Below, piece by piece: positions 38,501 to 53,040 of a stretch of DNA of 64,000 nt. The translations under genes were made by a program, and so were the position numbers. Source of the DNA: Octopus sinensis (taxonomy: Eukaryota); contig NC_043012.1 of the NCBI RefSeq assembly GCF_006345805.1, positions 46,438,001-46,502,000 on the forward strand. The letters are read 5' to 3'. The notes under the pieces were generated by a model. That model was given only the letters and a program-made list of their open reading frames with translations, was not told where the DNA came from and ran no database searches. Position 1 is the stretch's first letter; the number at the start of each line of letters is the position of its first letter.

Positions 38501-39179
38501 ATCTAAATTTGCTTTAGTAACCTTACGACCATATTCCAGAATTTGAGAAATCATCCAATATGCCTTTTTGCGATCAACAAAATATTGATTTTGATGTAGA
38601 CGCTTCCCAATTATTATCCACAATATGAAAATTAATATGCTCCCTTGATTATAGAGGTGGATATGAACGGAAAAAATTGAGATAGGTTTAGTGCGTCCAA
38701 TATTCAATATGTACTTTTCCTCTATTGAATGTGTGTATATATGATGTGTGTGCAGGAATGTGTGTAATTTAAGTTTGATGTGCAAATTAAGAAATGAGTG
38801 AAAGAGATATGAACTAGCGTACGGAGGAACGAAGAAAATAGACCTCTGTATCCATTGTGTGTGTGTGTGTGTACGTGTTTGTGTATCGGTATTTATCAGG
38901 AGTATTTTTGTATGTGCTTACAAGTATATGTATATGGAAACGTTGCTGTGTGCGTATGTGCCTGTGGAGTAGATATGTATGTTGTGTGTGTGGTGGGATG
39001 TAATTTAAATATGTCAGTGGAAGTGTGGAGATGGTAAGTGGAGAGAGAAAACGAGGGGAAAAGCAGAGGAAAAGTGAATGAAATTTGTGAGAGAGAGGGA
39101 AATTGGAAGATGGAACAGGGAATTAAGGCCAAACGGCGAATGTGTCAGTACAGATTAGATAAAACGTTGATTCATGCGA

Positions 39180-39996
39180 AGTCAGATAGAGGTGGGTCTA
39201 TGGTATAAGGCCAATCCGAAGACTGTGAGGTGTTGGGTGGACTGGTTGGTAGAGCACAAGTGACGGAATACAGGAGTATTTATTTGGAGGAGGATAAAGT
39301 TATTGAGTAAATCAGTCGGGAAGACGGCGGCCAGATTATCCAACACATAAAGACCCACAAAGTGTACATTTGAGGCAGTAAAGGATATTAGATGGGATAC
39401 ACGAAAAAGAGTCGCGGATGTAAACAGTTTGTTGGTTGAATCCAGTGAGGGAAGTTTGACACCAGGGTCTGCAGAAAAGGAAGTATCCATGAAGAGTGGG
39501 AGTGGTGGGTAGGCAAGGAAGCTACAGACCAGTAGGTTGCGTAGGTTTCGGATGCATTTAAAGGCGGGAGAAGTGAGATGGAGAAAACAGCGAGGGTTGT
39601 AGGATCGGATAAAAGAAGTTCGAAGGCCCGTAGGATTTTCTGACGAAAGAGTAGAGGGGTTGAAAAGGGGGGAAAGGCAATGCCTTTTCGAGACGAGAGG
39701 GAGTGAAGAGAGGGGGAGGAAATGCAATAATTTTAGCGTGCATGGACTAAGATGACATGGACAATGGTGGAGGGATATCTACGACCACTGAACTGATGAG
39801 CCAAGTATTGAGACTGTTTCAAAGTCCTTTTCACGCTTGCACAAACGTCGAAGGCCGATATTTTTGGAGTAGGAGATGGGCAGTTTTTGTTGGAGGGGCG
39901 TAAGGAGAGAAATATCGTAGTAGAGGTGGGGATCAGAGGTGTCAAATAGGCAGTAGTGAGAGAGTGAACGAGAGAATCATAAGAGAGAGAGTGAGA

Positions 39997-40076
<80 letters not shown>

Positions 40077-40460
40077 TGGGGAGGGAGGGTGGGAGAGAGG
40101 GAGAGAGGAAGAGATATGTTCAGAAAAGTTGATAGCGGTGTCGAAAATAACAGAAGTAAACTCAAAAGAGGTATGAAATGTGGAAAGGAAAGAGAGGAAA
40201 GGAAGTCGTTCCCGGGAGAGTAAGGTGGCGCCGATACGATCGTTAGTGTACCGACTGTATAGCTCTGTGGTCAGTCTAGTGAATTCAGAGAAGATTTGGG
40301 CCATGGAATAATCGACAAAGTCGTTGGCTAAATTGGGGCCCATTCTCGTTCCAATGGTGACTCCTATCACTGCTGGTAGATCTCTCACATGACATGGATC
40401 AGTGGAGAATTGAGAAGTTCAGTGAAGTGAAGGAGTGTAAAAGTGCTAGGTGTGACGACG
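39180..40460 (-). mobile_element. Decayed Penelope-like element (RT to GIY-YIG) interrupted by (GA)n
   Basis: GVTIGTRMGPNLAN, LYSRYTNDRIG (decayed RYIDD), FSGRRYPSTIV, RNLRNLLV and GLYVLDNLAAVFPTD remnants on the minus strand; microsatellite about 39980-40110. Confidence 0.75.
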
Positions 40461-41264
40461 AGAGTGAGCGAGAGAGTAAGAGAGAGAGAGAGAGAGAGTG
40501 AGAGAGAGAAATAGAGAGAGTGAGAGCGATGGAGAGGAGAAATAGAGAGAGTAAGAGTGATGGAAAGAGAGGTTACTTGTCCACTACTCTAATTTCAAAA
40601 CCCAGGTAACAGGGAACACAATAGTATTTGACCTCAAATAGCATACATAAAATAAAACAAACAAATTAAGTTCCAATTCTCTAATCGTTCTAATAATCTT
40701 TCAGTCTGTTGCCAACTTGCAAAGCGTTAATTATTTTGCTAAATGCTTTACATCACATAAAAAATATTTTTGCAAAGATTATGAAGTGTGAATCCTCACT
40801 AATGACTCAGAAGTGTCAAAGCTAAAGTATTTGTTTGATAATTATACAATAATATGCAACGTCTTTTGTTGATGAAAAAAAAAACATTTTCGATTGTATA
40901 TAAACTATCATGATTAATTTTTAGAAGTAAATCACACCATATATACATTTACATTAATACATCAGGTTTTAAAACTGAATGTGGCTAACAGGAATATATT
41001 TACATTAACCTGTATGTAAATAGGTCAGTATTGTTGTATAAATATTTTAAAGGTAGATATTCAATGCATAATTAAAATGTGGAAAACATCTGAAGCTGTA
41101 AGCTGTTGGATGTATCTTGCTGTATCATTACCTAACCTAGCATTATTGAAAGATGCTCCAATAGTGCATTTATATATTGTTCAACTGAAAAACGTCTTAC
41201 TTATAGACGCCTGAGAAATATCTGTCTGTCTATCTGTCTGTCTCTCTATCTATCTATCCATCCA

Positions 41265-41304
<40 letters not shown>

Positions 41305-41397
41305 ACTTTCCGTCCCCCACTTACTCTCGCTATATATATATATATATATATATACAACCCCCCCCCCCCACACACACACACACACATATATAAATAT

Positions 41398-41484
<87 letters not shown>

Positions 41485-42209
41485 CACCAAGCACTCCACC
41501 GGCAACACTAAGGCCAAGTTGGTAACCAAAATAAAAGATATGTTCGAAGATCTTCTCAGGGACCGAGTGGGGAACGCGAGTACCAAATTCCAGAGCCGTC
41601 TTGCGACCGAGAGTGGAAGCTGAGAGCGGTCACATTTAGAAAATTTTTATCTTTCAACCATAATATACTCATTAATTTGATTCTTTTAATACGTTATTTT
41701 CAGGTGAAATACCCAAGGTATATAGAGAGCTGTGCTGATGCATCTATTTATGTGAAGATATTCCAGTATGCGTTAACACATCCTAATCCAATTGTTACTT
41801 TCGAATGACAAAATAATTATCAGTCCACAATATGGATAATAAAACATAGAATCATGTTCTTTCGAATATTCTGTTTTATTTCAACCCCAGCGGTTGACTG
41901 CAAATTACTTTATGCCTTAGACCATTATACACACACGTATTATAACTAAAAGGCTCCGATTTTCAGTACTCAGAGCTGCTCGGTTCTACTCATTAGCGTT
42001 TCCGTCAAACTTTTACGGCATATCTCAATGGATATGTCAAAAGAAATCTAGGATTGGTTTACCAGCTGGTGATCTCAGCAGTGAGTAACTCTTACTGTCT
42101 TTCACTTATAGACTATCTCACTTATAGACTATCTATCTATCTATCTATCTATCTATCATCTATCTATCTATCTATCGATCTATCTATCTATCCATCCATC
42201 CATCCATCC

Positions 42210-42288
<79 letters not shown>

Positions 42289-42337
42289 AATCAATATATC
42301 CATATTTCTATCTCACTCGTTCACCACCTCTCTCTCT

Positions 42338-42399
<62 letters not shown>

Positions 42400-42471
42400 A
42401 TGTGACCTCATGTGTACCGTTGGCGATTTTTTTCCTCTGACTTCCCTTCTCTGGATCTTTCCTTCTCCTAT

Positions 42472-42506
42472 GTTTCCGACGTAGAGCTCCGCTCGAAACG
42501 TTAAGC
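42472..42506 (+). ncRNA. Degenerate minimal hammerhead-like motif
   Basis: GUUU-CCGACGUA-GAGC-ucc-GCUC-GAAA-CG-UU/AAGC; stem II and GAAAC intact, core differs at positions 4 and 9. Confidence 0.35.
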
Positions 42507-42645
42507 CCTCCTTCTTTCCTTCTTTCCTGAGCGTCCAATAATACTATATTTGCTCCACGTCCTCACGTTGTTGTGTTTTTTTGTGCTTTCTTGTTTGGAT
42601 TAACTATATATATATATATATATATAATATATATATATATAATAT

Positions 42646-42681
<36 letters not shown>

Positions 42682-43149
42682 CATCTATGTGTATATATTT
42701 GTGTTCGAAATGGTTGTTTTCGAAACAATTTATTCAATGTTCAGTTCTTAAGTATTGCTTTTTAACATTTATACATGATTGTACTCCATTATATAAATCC
42801 TTGTATTTTTGGAGCTTCAGTAAATGAAGCATGGGAAGAATTAAAAATTTGACGTACAAGTCTACAACTGCAAGCAGTGAAATATTTTCCCTACCGCTCC
42901 ACCGATTCTGGCATTTCAGAGCTAATCAGTCTTGTATGGCTGTTATACTTCAAACCAAACATGATGTCTATATATGTGTGGTACATATTTTCTATTAGCT
43001 GACATGATTATTTGTACTTATTTCTGTTCGTTAGTAATAAAACATATCTACAGATATAAAAATGCCTTCCTCTCACAGAAATTTATTACATTTTTATATT
43101 TTTTCTTTTTAAAATATATTTAACTCGACGAATCTGAAATTCAAAGTAT

Positions 43150-43560
43150 CTCCTCTTTCACAATTTTAAACATATTCGAAGATTCCAGTCTCATAACAAT
43201 TCAACTTTTAAATCGTTAAGAGTAATTAACATATTGTGTATCTTCTAGTAACATTTCCCTGATTATCTCTCTACTGATCACGTCCAGGTACTTGTATACG
43301 TGACATTATTTATAAGACTGTCCCAGAAGCATTTAATTAATGAATTAGGAATTTGCTTTTCGCCGACATGATTAGGTTGAGCTTCATTGATTATAACCTC
43401 TTCAATCTATCTTTATTGCAACCATTAATAGCTGTCATGAATTAAGCAACATTTTAATCAGACCATTTTCTCACACAGTCAACTTCATCCTCATGTTCCT
43501 ATTATCGACCATGTCAGGTCATACTACGAAAATATGGCTTCACATTCGTGACACCATTTG
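43150..43560 (-). mobile_element. Highly decayed non-LTR RT remnant (R4-like)
   Basis: Minus-strand MKLNL..SAK and TYKYLDV resemble the RT C-terminal motifs of the 1-3485 element; many stops. Confidence 0.35.
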
Positions 43561-43924
43561 AAATACGCTTTATGAAGACTATGAAGTATCTGAAGCTCTT
43601 TAACTAGATTCAGAAGGAGACATTCTATAATAATAATTGATCGGTTTGCATGAAATTAATTAGCAATATCGAACATAATTATTATCGGTATATAAAATCA
43701 CATCAACAATAGACTTCGCAAGAAATATATGATTTTATTATTACTGAAGAAATATATAGAAATATTTTTTTTGTTTTTTATATGATAAGGGTTCCTCGAA
43801 ACACCTGCGAAAAATCTATTGTTCATACGCCTATCATAATTATTTAACTGATAAATATAATCATAAATATAAGTATCATTGTGATATTGTGTTTATTGTT
43901 GATGTTGCTTAAACCATATTAAAT

Positions 43925-44770
43925 CTCTGAGTGAGAAGTAAACAGTAACAGTATGAGATCGTAAAATATATTTGCCAACTAAATGTGGCGGTGCCATAGA
44001 AGACGATCCTACCGTTGTTTTTAGCCCCAAGAAGACATCTCCTCCAGCTGGCTAACTACACACTGCATCCGATTAGCATTTGTGAATGGATGTCATCGTT
44101 CCCATCACTAACCTTACTTGATACACACAGACCCGGGTTCTTCGTAGTTACCCGTCTTCAGTGCATGATAATCACTAGCTAGTGTTGAAAACTCATTCAT
44201 CTCGAAAAATAATATATGCTTTTGCAGCGACAAATTGTCGCTGATATCAAAAACGGAGACATAAGCAAATTTGAATCTCTGAGCGAGAGGTAAACAGTAG
44301 TAGTGCGGAATCGTAAAATATATTGAGCGATGACCTTTGTCCGCAAATACTAATCCTACTCAGTGTGTCGTTAGCCAGCTGATAGAGATCTCTTCCAGGG
44401 GCTAAAAACAACAGTAGCATCATCCTCTATGGGACCGCCACATTTAGTTGGCAAATATATTTTATGATTCCGTACTGTAAGTGTTTACCTCTCGCTCAGT
44501 TTATTTCTCATTTTTCTAGATCAGCGACAGTTTGTTGCTGGAAAAAGTATATAGTATTTTGTGAGTGGAAGGAGATTTCATTACTAACTGGTGATTATCA
44601 CACACTGAAGACGGGTAACTACCATGAAACCTGGGTCTGCTTGTATCATGTAAGGTTAGAGATGGGGGTGTATCGATAGCCAGCTAGAGGAGATGTCTTG
44701 TTGGAGCTAAAAACAACAGTAATATCGTCTGGAACCGACACATTTAGTTGGCAAATATATTTTACGGTTG
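43925..44770. repeat. Cluster of related ~60-140-bp repeat arms in both orientations (MITE-like)
   Basis: aaaatatatttgccaactaaatgtggcgg (43965-43990) occurs inverted near 44435-44462 and 44740-44762; tctctgagcgagaggtaaac is also repeated. Confidence 0.7.
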
Positions 44771-45169
44771 CTTAAAATCTTTATTATTTACACTGTCCAG
44801 AATTTGCAGCCAATACTCAGCTACGCATAACCCACCCGCTGCGTACGCGCACGCACATACACACACACACGTATACCTACATAAATATGTGAATATATGC
44901 ACACATATATATCAAAGAAAGAGAGTGAAAGAGAGAAAGAAAGTAAGACAGACAGAAACTAGATTAATAGACAGATGTGCGTAATTTTTGAGTTTGTAAT
45001 TGTAGTTTATTAATGTTTATCGGTTTATATCGTTTGTATAAAACGTCTACTTGCTTATAATCTCCATGAGTATTTTTGCCTGGTTTGTTGAGATTTGTGT
45101 TAGCGCAGTTTTTGTTTGTATTTTGAGTTGTAGTAAATCTGTAGACTACTGTTTAATCTTATAATATTT

Positions 45170-45420
45170 TACTTGTTTCAATCATGAAACTGCGGCCCTG
45201 CCGGAGGACCGCTTTGAGATATGTTTTTGGAATTAATCAACTACAGTACTTTTTTATTGTAAGCCTGCTAATTATTCTATCGGATTCTTTCACCGCCCCA
45301 CTAATTTACGGGTGCTTCCGCTAATTTTACGCTAGTTTCCGTCTAACAGATCCACTAAGAATGCTTTGGTCGACCAGAAGCTATAGCAGAAGACACTAGC
45401 ACAAGCTTTTGTGCGGTGAT
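45170..45420 (-). mobile_element. Decayed copy of the 20891-type SINE
   Basis: acttgtttcaatcatgaaactgcggcc..gtaagcct..ttattctatcgg..gctatagcagaagacact is the reverse complement of that element's tail and body. Confidence 0.6.
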
Positions 45421-45481
45421 AAAGTGATTGCTAACATCAGGATAGAATTTTGTTTGAATACAGTGAGTAAATTTTTGTCAG

Positions 45482-45532
<51 letters not shown>

Positions 45533-47012
45533 ATATATATATGTGTGTGTGTGTGTGTATTTCTACCGATTATATACGTTTTTAATTATTTTTTTTTGCA
45601 ATTTACTTAATCATTGATATTTTATTGTTATTTTAATTTCAATATTTCTATTATATGTAATTTTCTAGATGGTGTAATATAATTGTTCATTTTGAATTGA
45701 TAAAATGTGGTTTTTCTCTAATTTTATAAATATATATAATATTATGCAGGATTGTTAATGACTTGGCATTACTCGCTGTGGTATTGCTGCCGCTCCCTGG
45801 TGTGTAATGTTCAACTTTCTGTCTGTTCTTTGCAGCATGCTGAAGTATATTTTGTAATTGTCACTCCTTGGTCACCATATCTGAAGCACCCTGGAACTTC
45901 ATATCTGCCTATATTACTGTACAAAATCACATGTCAAAAATATCTCTGATTTCAAGGGTTTGATTAGTCCAGTTGTTACTTCATGGACTGTTAACATATG
46001 CCACGTGCACATTGATACTAGAATTTCACCGATATTGTTGAGATAAAACATGTCCGTCGTTTTGTTATAGTAGGCTATTCTTATCTATAATAAGAACAGA
46101 AAAGGAAGTCGCACACGTATATTCAGGTCTTTCTAAACTTGTTTTAAGTTTGATGTGGTTAATAAGCAGCGATCTCTGCCGAATAAAAGTAAGAGGATGG
46201 CGTGATGAGAGAAAGCGATTCAAGCGAGTAGGCTCGGATATAGTTGCTATACAACTAGTTTTAGTTTAATGCCTCTCTTATTGAAATTTGTGGAAGAAAA
46301 CCTGTCGCAACGGAGACATGTTTTTAAATTGCATTCCTACCAAATAATATTTAGGCATCGTTGTTCGTGCAAAGTTACTTGAGTGACATTGTATTCGACA
46401 TTGCTATCGAAAATAATATGTAGATTTATGTAATACAAACGACCGCATATAGTTTATGCTTTTGTATATTTGGAAGGAATAAGAAAGGAAATAAAGAAAT
46501 GATATACTTGTGGCGCCACTTACTCAGAAAGCCAGCTTATATAAATATTTCTCCCATAGCACGCAGATAAAGGACATACACACACACTTCAGAGATTCTC
46601 TAATATAGGTACATAAAACCACATACATAGATTGTTGCATCAATTCTGATGCAGTGCGTACAGCTGAAGTTCCCGCCTTATCCTTCAGACATGTTAAGTA
46701 AGCTTAACTATAATAAATTTTCTTTTTTAAAATATCAGAGATTTGATTATTTGCTGAGATTTGATTTTTAGGGGTTACTCCCTTCGGATTTGTTTAACTT
46801 TTATTCGTATTCGTTCTGTCAATTCTACCTGTTTTGTTAAGATTTAAATAATGAGAACATTCTCGTTGCAAAAATGTGATAAATAGCTAAAATAAAAAAG
46901 AAAACTATAAATGCTTAGAATTTCCATCAATGCGTTACACTAATACTTTATTATCATATATATTTTATCCTAACTATATTTTTGTATCATAATAACTGAA
47001 AAGGTGAAGGTA

Positions 47013-47222
47013 AGGAGATGGAAGAATCGATAGCACGCCGGGCGAAAGGATTAAACATTTGATCTGCCTTTACGTTTTGAGTTCAAATTCCACTGCGTTC
47101 GATTTTGCCTTTCATCACTTTGCAGTCGATAAAATGAGTGCCAGTTGAGTATGGGGGGGGGGTCGATGTAACGGATTTAACCTCTCCCTTGAAATTGCTG
47201 GCCGTGTGCGAAAATTTGAAAC
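47013..47222 (+). mobile_element. Nin/Deu-core SINE, tail type C
   Basis: gcacgccgggcgaaa..gagttcaaattcc..gcctttcatc..gtcgataaaatgagt..aaattgctggcc. Confidence 0.75.
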
Positions 47223-48466
47223 GAATGTTTCAAAATCTAGCTTGCTATTTGTCCTTTTCAACAAAGTTAACAACATTTAACTGAGTCAATTAAGTGATAC
47301 ACCCAGAAGTAATTAAATCCATGAAATTGTCAATCTCTCACACACAGAAAATAGAACCACTGTGGTAGTGTGAAATCTTATAGGATAACTCAGTAGTGAA
47401 GTATCAATATTACCCGGTCCCGTTTGTTCTACCTGAATTTCCTAATAAAATATGTTATCAAAGCCAGGTTCTCCAGACTTCACCATATGTTTAAGGCCAC
47501 CATTTCCAAACCGAGGTAATAAGACAAGAATTTTCGATATGCACCAAGGTATGTTTTTTTACTACTTGTCAGTGAGACTGTCCTAAACTAGTCTATGTTC
47601 TATTGACGTCCAAGTTCTCTCTGCGCACAGTTGATCAACCTCTTGAAAACAGAGTTGATGATCACACTATAATAGGAAGAATACGATTGAAGGAAGGAGA
47701 TATTCTATTTCTGAAAGAAAAAAAAAACATTGAGATATGAGAAGCAACTAAGAATTGAGCGGACACAGCAGAAGTGAAGGATAGATTCTAACATTTACAA
47801 TTTGAGGCGATTGATGAAACTTGACTCTACCTGCAACATTATAGCAGAAGTTCATCGAGGATCTGCGAGATAACACAGCCCTTCCAACACTCAAAAACGA
47901 AGAAATGGAAGACAAGTATACAATCAGAAAAAACATTCATAAGAAAGGAAGATACACATCTTTATTTCATAATAATAAAAAAGAATCATCCGTTCAAATG
48001 ATAGACACACGTACAATGCAAAGAAACCTTAAATGATGCTTTAGACTAGACGCAAGATGTATGAGAAAGAATACATATTTTAGGAACAGCATAAAACAAC
48101 AAGAACAAAAAAATATCATTTGTAGATCCCTTAACAATTTTACAATGGGGTCAGTTCTAAATACGATTCAAACAAAAAATACTCATGAACCTAATGCCAA
48201 TTGAAAATATCTCATATCAGCTTTTATTAGTAAACCACCTGATGTCATTTTAACACAAATCCAACAAAACATAAATGAAGGTCTAACACTAAACAATAGA
48301 CGATTTCACACACACACACACAAAAGAGCTGCCCAGAGTAAGTGGTTAATTATTGAAATTTGTAAACTATACATTCTTGATAAATTGTAATAATTAATTG
48401 TTAGATTGTATATTGTTATATTTATCATAGATATCTAATTTGAACACTCGAATATTAATATTCTAA

Positions 48467-48655
48467 TAGCTCTTAGCCCGCCGGGCGAAACACTTAGCGG
48501 CATTTCTTCCGTCTTTGCGTTGTGAGTTCAAATTCCGCTCGGATCGACTTTGTGCTTTATCCTTTCAGAGTCGTTAAATAAGTACCAGTTGAACACATGG
48601 GCCAATAGAATGAGTACTAGTAGAACATGGTGGTCATGTGCCAAAATTGGAAACC
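48467..48655 (+). mobile_element. Nin/Deu-core SINE, decayed
   Basis: cgccgggcgaaacacttagcggcattt..gagttcaaattccgc..aagtaccagttga. Confidence 0.7.
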
Positions 48656-50699
48656 AATATTCTAAAAGATTAGTGCAAACAATAATAATATTAGGTTAAA
48701 TATTTTAATTTAATCGATGAATGGTGTTTAAACATTTTTTAATTCCTGGTGTGTGCATTAATAAACATTCACGTCTCTAGCATTTGAATAATTAAGAGAA
48801 AATCGTAAGAGTTGATAAAGGTATAACTCAGTTAGGTCCCTTACATCTTTTCCGTACTACATCACCTGTGTTATCCTATGATGTATGTCTTTCTAAAATT
48901 GATTAAACTGAAACTGGCTTTATCTCGACATGCTACGAAACGTGCTTTCTCAAAATATTTCTTTTAAATCGTTTGCATATACATGCAAATAAGCATACAT
49001 GCATACATACATACATACATACATACATACATACATACATACATGCATGCATACATACATAAACACATATACATATTTATATATATCGGTGATTGTGTGT
49101 GCATGTTTGTGTGTGTACATGAGTGTATCTTCAATTTTTCTTTGTATGTTATTGAGAGCAAGTCAGCTCTACGTATTCTAAATTGAAGATTTCTAATAGC
49201 TATTACAGTTATAAACATCCATCAAGACATGAATACTGCAGCTCGTTCACTTGGAAACTATTAATGAGAGAAAACTACTAAAATCTAGAACATTTGCATC
49301 GCACGTGCGCAGAATGTAATCAAATTTAAATGTACGTTTTAATTTGGAATTATTATTTAAACCTTCGACTGAATATATGAATACTTAACAAAAATAATTA
49401 CCAGCAACTGCATTTCTCTCTTTATATCATTATTTTTTTCGGTTTATTTCATTAAATTATTCTTCGTTGGAGACAAAAGCAAATAAAATATTCCTCTAAC
49501 TTGAAATTATAAGATTATATAAATTGTACGTACACGAGCAAGCACGTAACTCCATGCACACACACAGACACAGACACACACACACACACCTATTACACGC
49601 TTACACAAAAACATTAATATAAGTACACTCACACATATATACACTTACGTAAAACTAGAAAAGTATACATACGTTCAGTCTTATGAATACGCTTATCATC
49701 AAATGTATACTATAAATGTAAACTATAAAAGTATAACTGTTTCCCCAATACTGTTTATGAGTACCTTCTATGAAGATACGTGGATGATAAGATTTACTTA
49801 GATTATAAATCACATCTGAACTACATTTAGAGTGCTTTACATTCACTGACACTATCAAAGAAATTTGAGCATTATTGACTAATGTATCAAGAATTCCCGC
49901 AATATTTTACTTACCCCATGAATGCCCTTTAGATATGTATGTGTCGTCTTTACATTCTGTTTCGCCACTTATTAAATAGACTCCATTGTCGGTATTTAAT
50001 TCTTCTCCTTATTCTAATTCTTCTCAGAATCAGTACTTCTAGTCGCAGAAGTGACGTCAAGTAGTGAAAAATTAATTTTTCTTAGACACGATGATATTTT
50101 AAAGCTTAAATGACGGACACCATCTATTGATATTTCTGTAGATAACAGCGGACGTAATCAATTATTCTGCAAAACACAAACAATTATAGTTCCTCAAATT
50201 ATCTGAAGGAAAAATAAGTATAAAAATTATCCTTAAGAAATTTTTTACCTCCCTGTTTGGCATACAGATTTACGCAACCATTTCCCACTGATTAAGAATT
50301 AAACAAATCATCTTTCCACCGGAGTGACTGAATTCAGTATTGCGAACCATGAATTTGTCGAAAATTACATGGTCTTATTGGATCTCTCTCTCCCTCTTAT
50401 TCTCCCATCTACCTCTCTCTCTCCATTTCTCCCACCAACCTCTTTCTCTCTCCCTTTCTCTCCACCTACCTCTCTCGCTGCTTCACAGAGAGAAGAATAC
50501 AATACGTTATACTAAGTGTTAGGCAGATGTAGCTACTGAGTGTGAGTGCATGGCTCATGATGAAATGTCGGTGGGAGAAAGAGTAATGTAACACATCCGG
50601 CATACCAGTAGATATACCATAGATTCTGGAAGAAAGTAATAAATTTCATTATCTGGTGTACGGAAAATAACGGGACCTAAATCAGTTAAGAAAAAATCA

Positions 50700-51149
50700 T
50701 TGCAATAATAATGATGATTTCATTTATTTGCTATAAGGCGATGATGGGGCAATACAAAGACAGACATAAAGTGCTGGGGTTTAGATATAATGAAAAATTT
50801 AAAAAAACAAGAAAGAAAGAAAGTATACACAGTACACACTGTAACAGAAGGGACTCATGCATAGCATACAAAGGCTTCAAAAAAGGGGTGTGGGGGATGT
50901 GGCCCTCCTGATACAGGAAGGCCTCTTGGATAATCAATGAACCCCAGTGTTCGAGATTTCCCTGAAACACCAGGAGCAAGACCCCTCTCCAATTTCCTCT
51001 CTCCGACTCACAGGTGCACACTTAGAGGTACCATCTACTCTTGCCATTTTCGTAACTTTCAGCCACCTTTCAGTAAACTCACTCGAGGACAGCACCTCAC
51101 TCTCCGCTCTCAATTTCCTTTTCAAGTGAAACTTGGAGAAGTCAAAAAC
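50700..51149 (-). mobile_element. Tx1/L1-like LINE 3' end
   Basis: FSKFHLKRKLRAESEVLSSSEFTERWLKVTKMARVDG is homologous to FFRFHLKR*VRLVRELLSPNKFVERWVNVATMVRVHG near 62985-63100; shared ctctaagtgtgcacctg. Confidence 0.7.
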
Positions 51150-51583
51150 AATAATCCTTTCTACCAAAGGCACATGCCTGAAATTTGGTTAGGAGGGGAC
51201 TAGTCGATTACATCGGCTCTGGTGTTTCACTGGTACTTAATTTATCGACCCGAAAGGATGGAAACCAAAGTCCACCTTCGCTGAATTTGAACTCAGGACA
51301 TAGTGACGGGTGAAATACCGCTAAGCATCTCATCCAGCGCCTTTTATGATAATAATAGTAATAATAAAAATAATGGTTTCAAATTTTACCACAAGGGCAG
51401 CAGTACTCGAGGTGGGGCTGAGTCGATGAAATTGATCCCGGTGATCAACTTATAATTATTTTATCGACCCCGAGAGAATGAAAGGCAAAGACGACCTCAG
51501 CGGAATTTGAACTCAGAACAAAAAGACAGACGGTCAAATTTTGCCCGGCATGCTAACGATTCTGTCAGCTCACCGACTTTTGC

Positions 51584-51633
<50 letters not shown>

Positions 51634-51833
51634 TAATCTTTTCTACTGTAGGCACAAGGGCTGAAACTTTGGGGGAGGGAGTAAGTCGACTGATGACTGA
51701 TTTATCGACCCCGAATGGATGAAACGCAAAGTCGGCCTCTGTGGAATTTGAACTCAGAACGTAGCTACGGGCGAAATATCGCTAAGAATTTTTCCCCGGC
51801 ATGCTAACGATTCTTCCAGTTCGCCGCCTTCGC

Positions 51834-51891
<58 letters not shown>

Positions 51892-52057
51892 GTTTCTAAT
51901 TTTGGCGCAAGGCCAGCAATTTTGGGGAAGGGAAATGTATTAAACTGGTACCTATTTTATCGACCCCACCAGCTTTTGAACTCAGAACATAAAGTGGGAA
52001 GAAATGCTGTTAAGCAATTCTTCCGACGCGGTAGCAATTCTTCTTGCTCATCGACTT
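51150..52057 (-). mobile_element. Four head-to-tail Nin/Deu-core SINE copies separated by (TAA)n (51150-51341, 51374-51579, 51633-51830, 51893-52057)
   Basis: Each contains ttatcgaccc.. and ..tttgaactcag. Confidence 0.85.
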
Positions 52058-52501
52058 ATAATTTCTTATTATATTTACAGCAGCAATATTAACGTAATAC
52101 AAAATGTGAAGCGGCATTGGAACTCTGACATGTGAAATGTTTAAGATTGACAGTCAAACGTCTACTGTGTTGCGTTAATTGTATTTATTCATTTATTGTT
52201 AACTAACCATTTAACGCCTGTTATCGGTAATTAACGATGCTTCACATAATGAGAGTTTATGGGTAGAAAACGATAATATTGAAATCTTGGAAGAGATCAA
52301 AGATGTGTCTACGTTTGAAGAAAATCATTTCATGCAAAGTAATTAGAATATCAGCCGGTTGTTGCAGAAACATCAGCATTTGTATATGTTATACAGACAC
52401 GCACACAAACCCACGCACATGCACACGCACGCCCCCACGCACACACACACACACACAACACACCCAGTTCACCACAGAAATATTAATGCATATATCTTTA
52501 T

Positions 52502-52552
<51 letters not shown>

Positions 52553-53040
52553 TGTGTGCGTGTATATATATATATTCTTTATATATCTATATATACGTAG
52601 ATACAAGCACAATATATGTATGCATTTATATATATACACACACACAGACACACACACACACAAATATATATATACATGGAAATGTGCGCGCGCGTAGTGC
52701 TTGTTTGTGTGTGCATGTGTACGTGTGTGTGTGTGTTTGTGTACGGATATGTGGTTGTGTTTATGTATGTGTGTAGGAATATTTAACTGTTTACACCAAG
52801 CCTAATCCTTAACCTTACAATAAGCTGAAAAGAATCTCAATAAATAATTTCCTCTGCCTATTGATTATTGAGGCGTTATCGCATCAAGATGAAATTATTT
52901 TATATCCTAATGATTGCAATGAATAATTTATTTTCTATATTATAAGAGGAGATTTAAATGAGAATTGCTCAGTTCTGCCTCCCCCCACGCCTTGGATTTT
53001 CCCTGGTTTTGTGATTAATTCATTAAAAGTAATTGCATTT

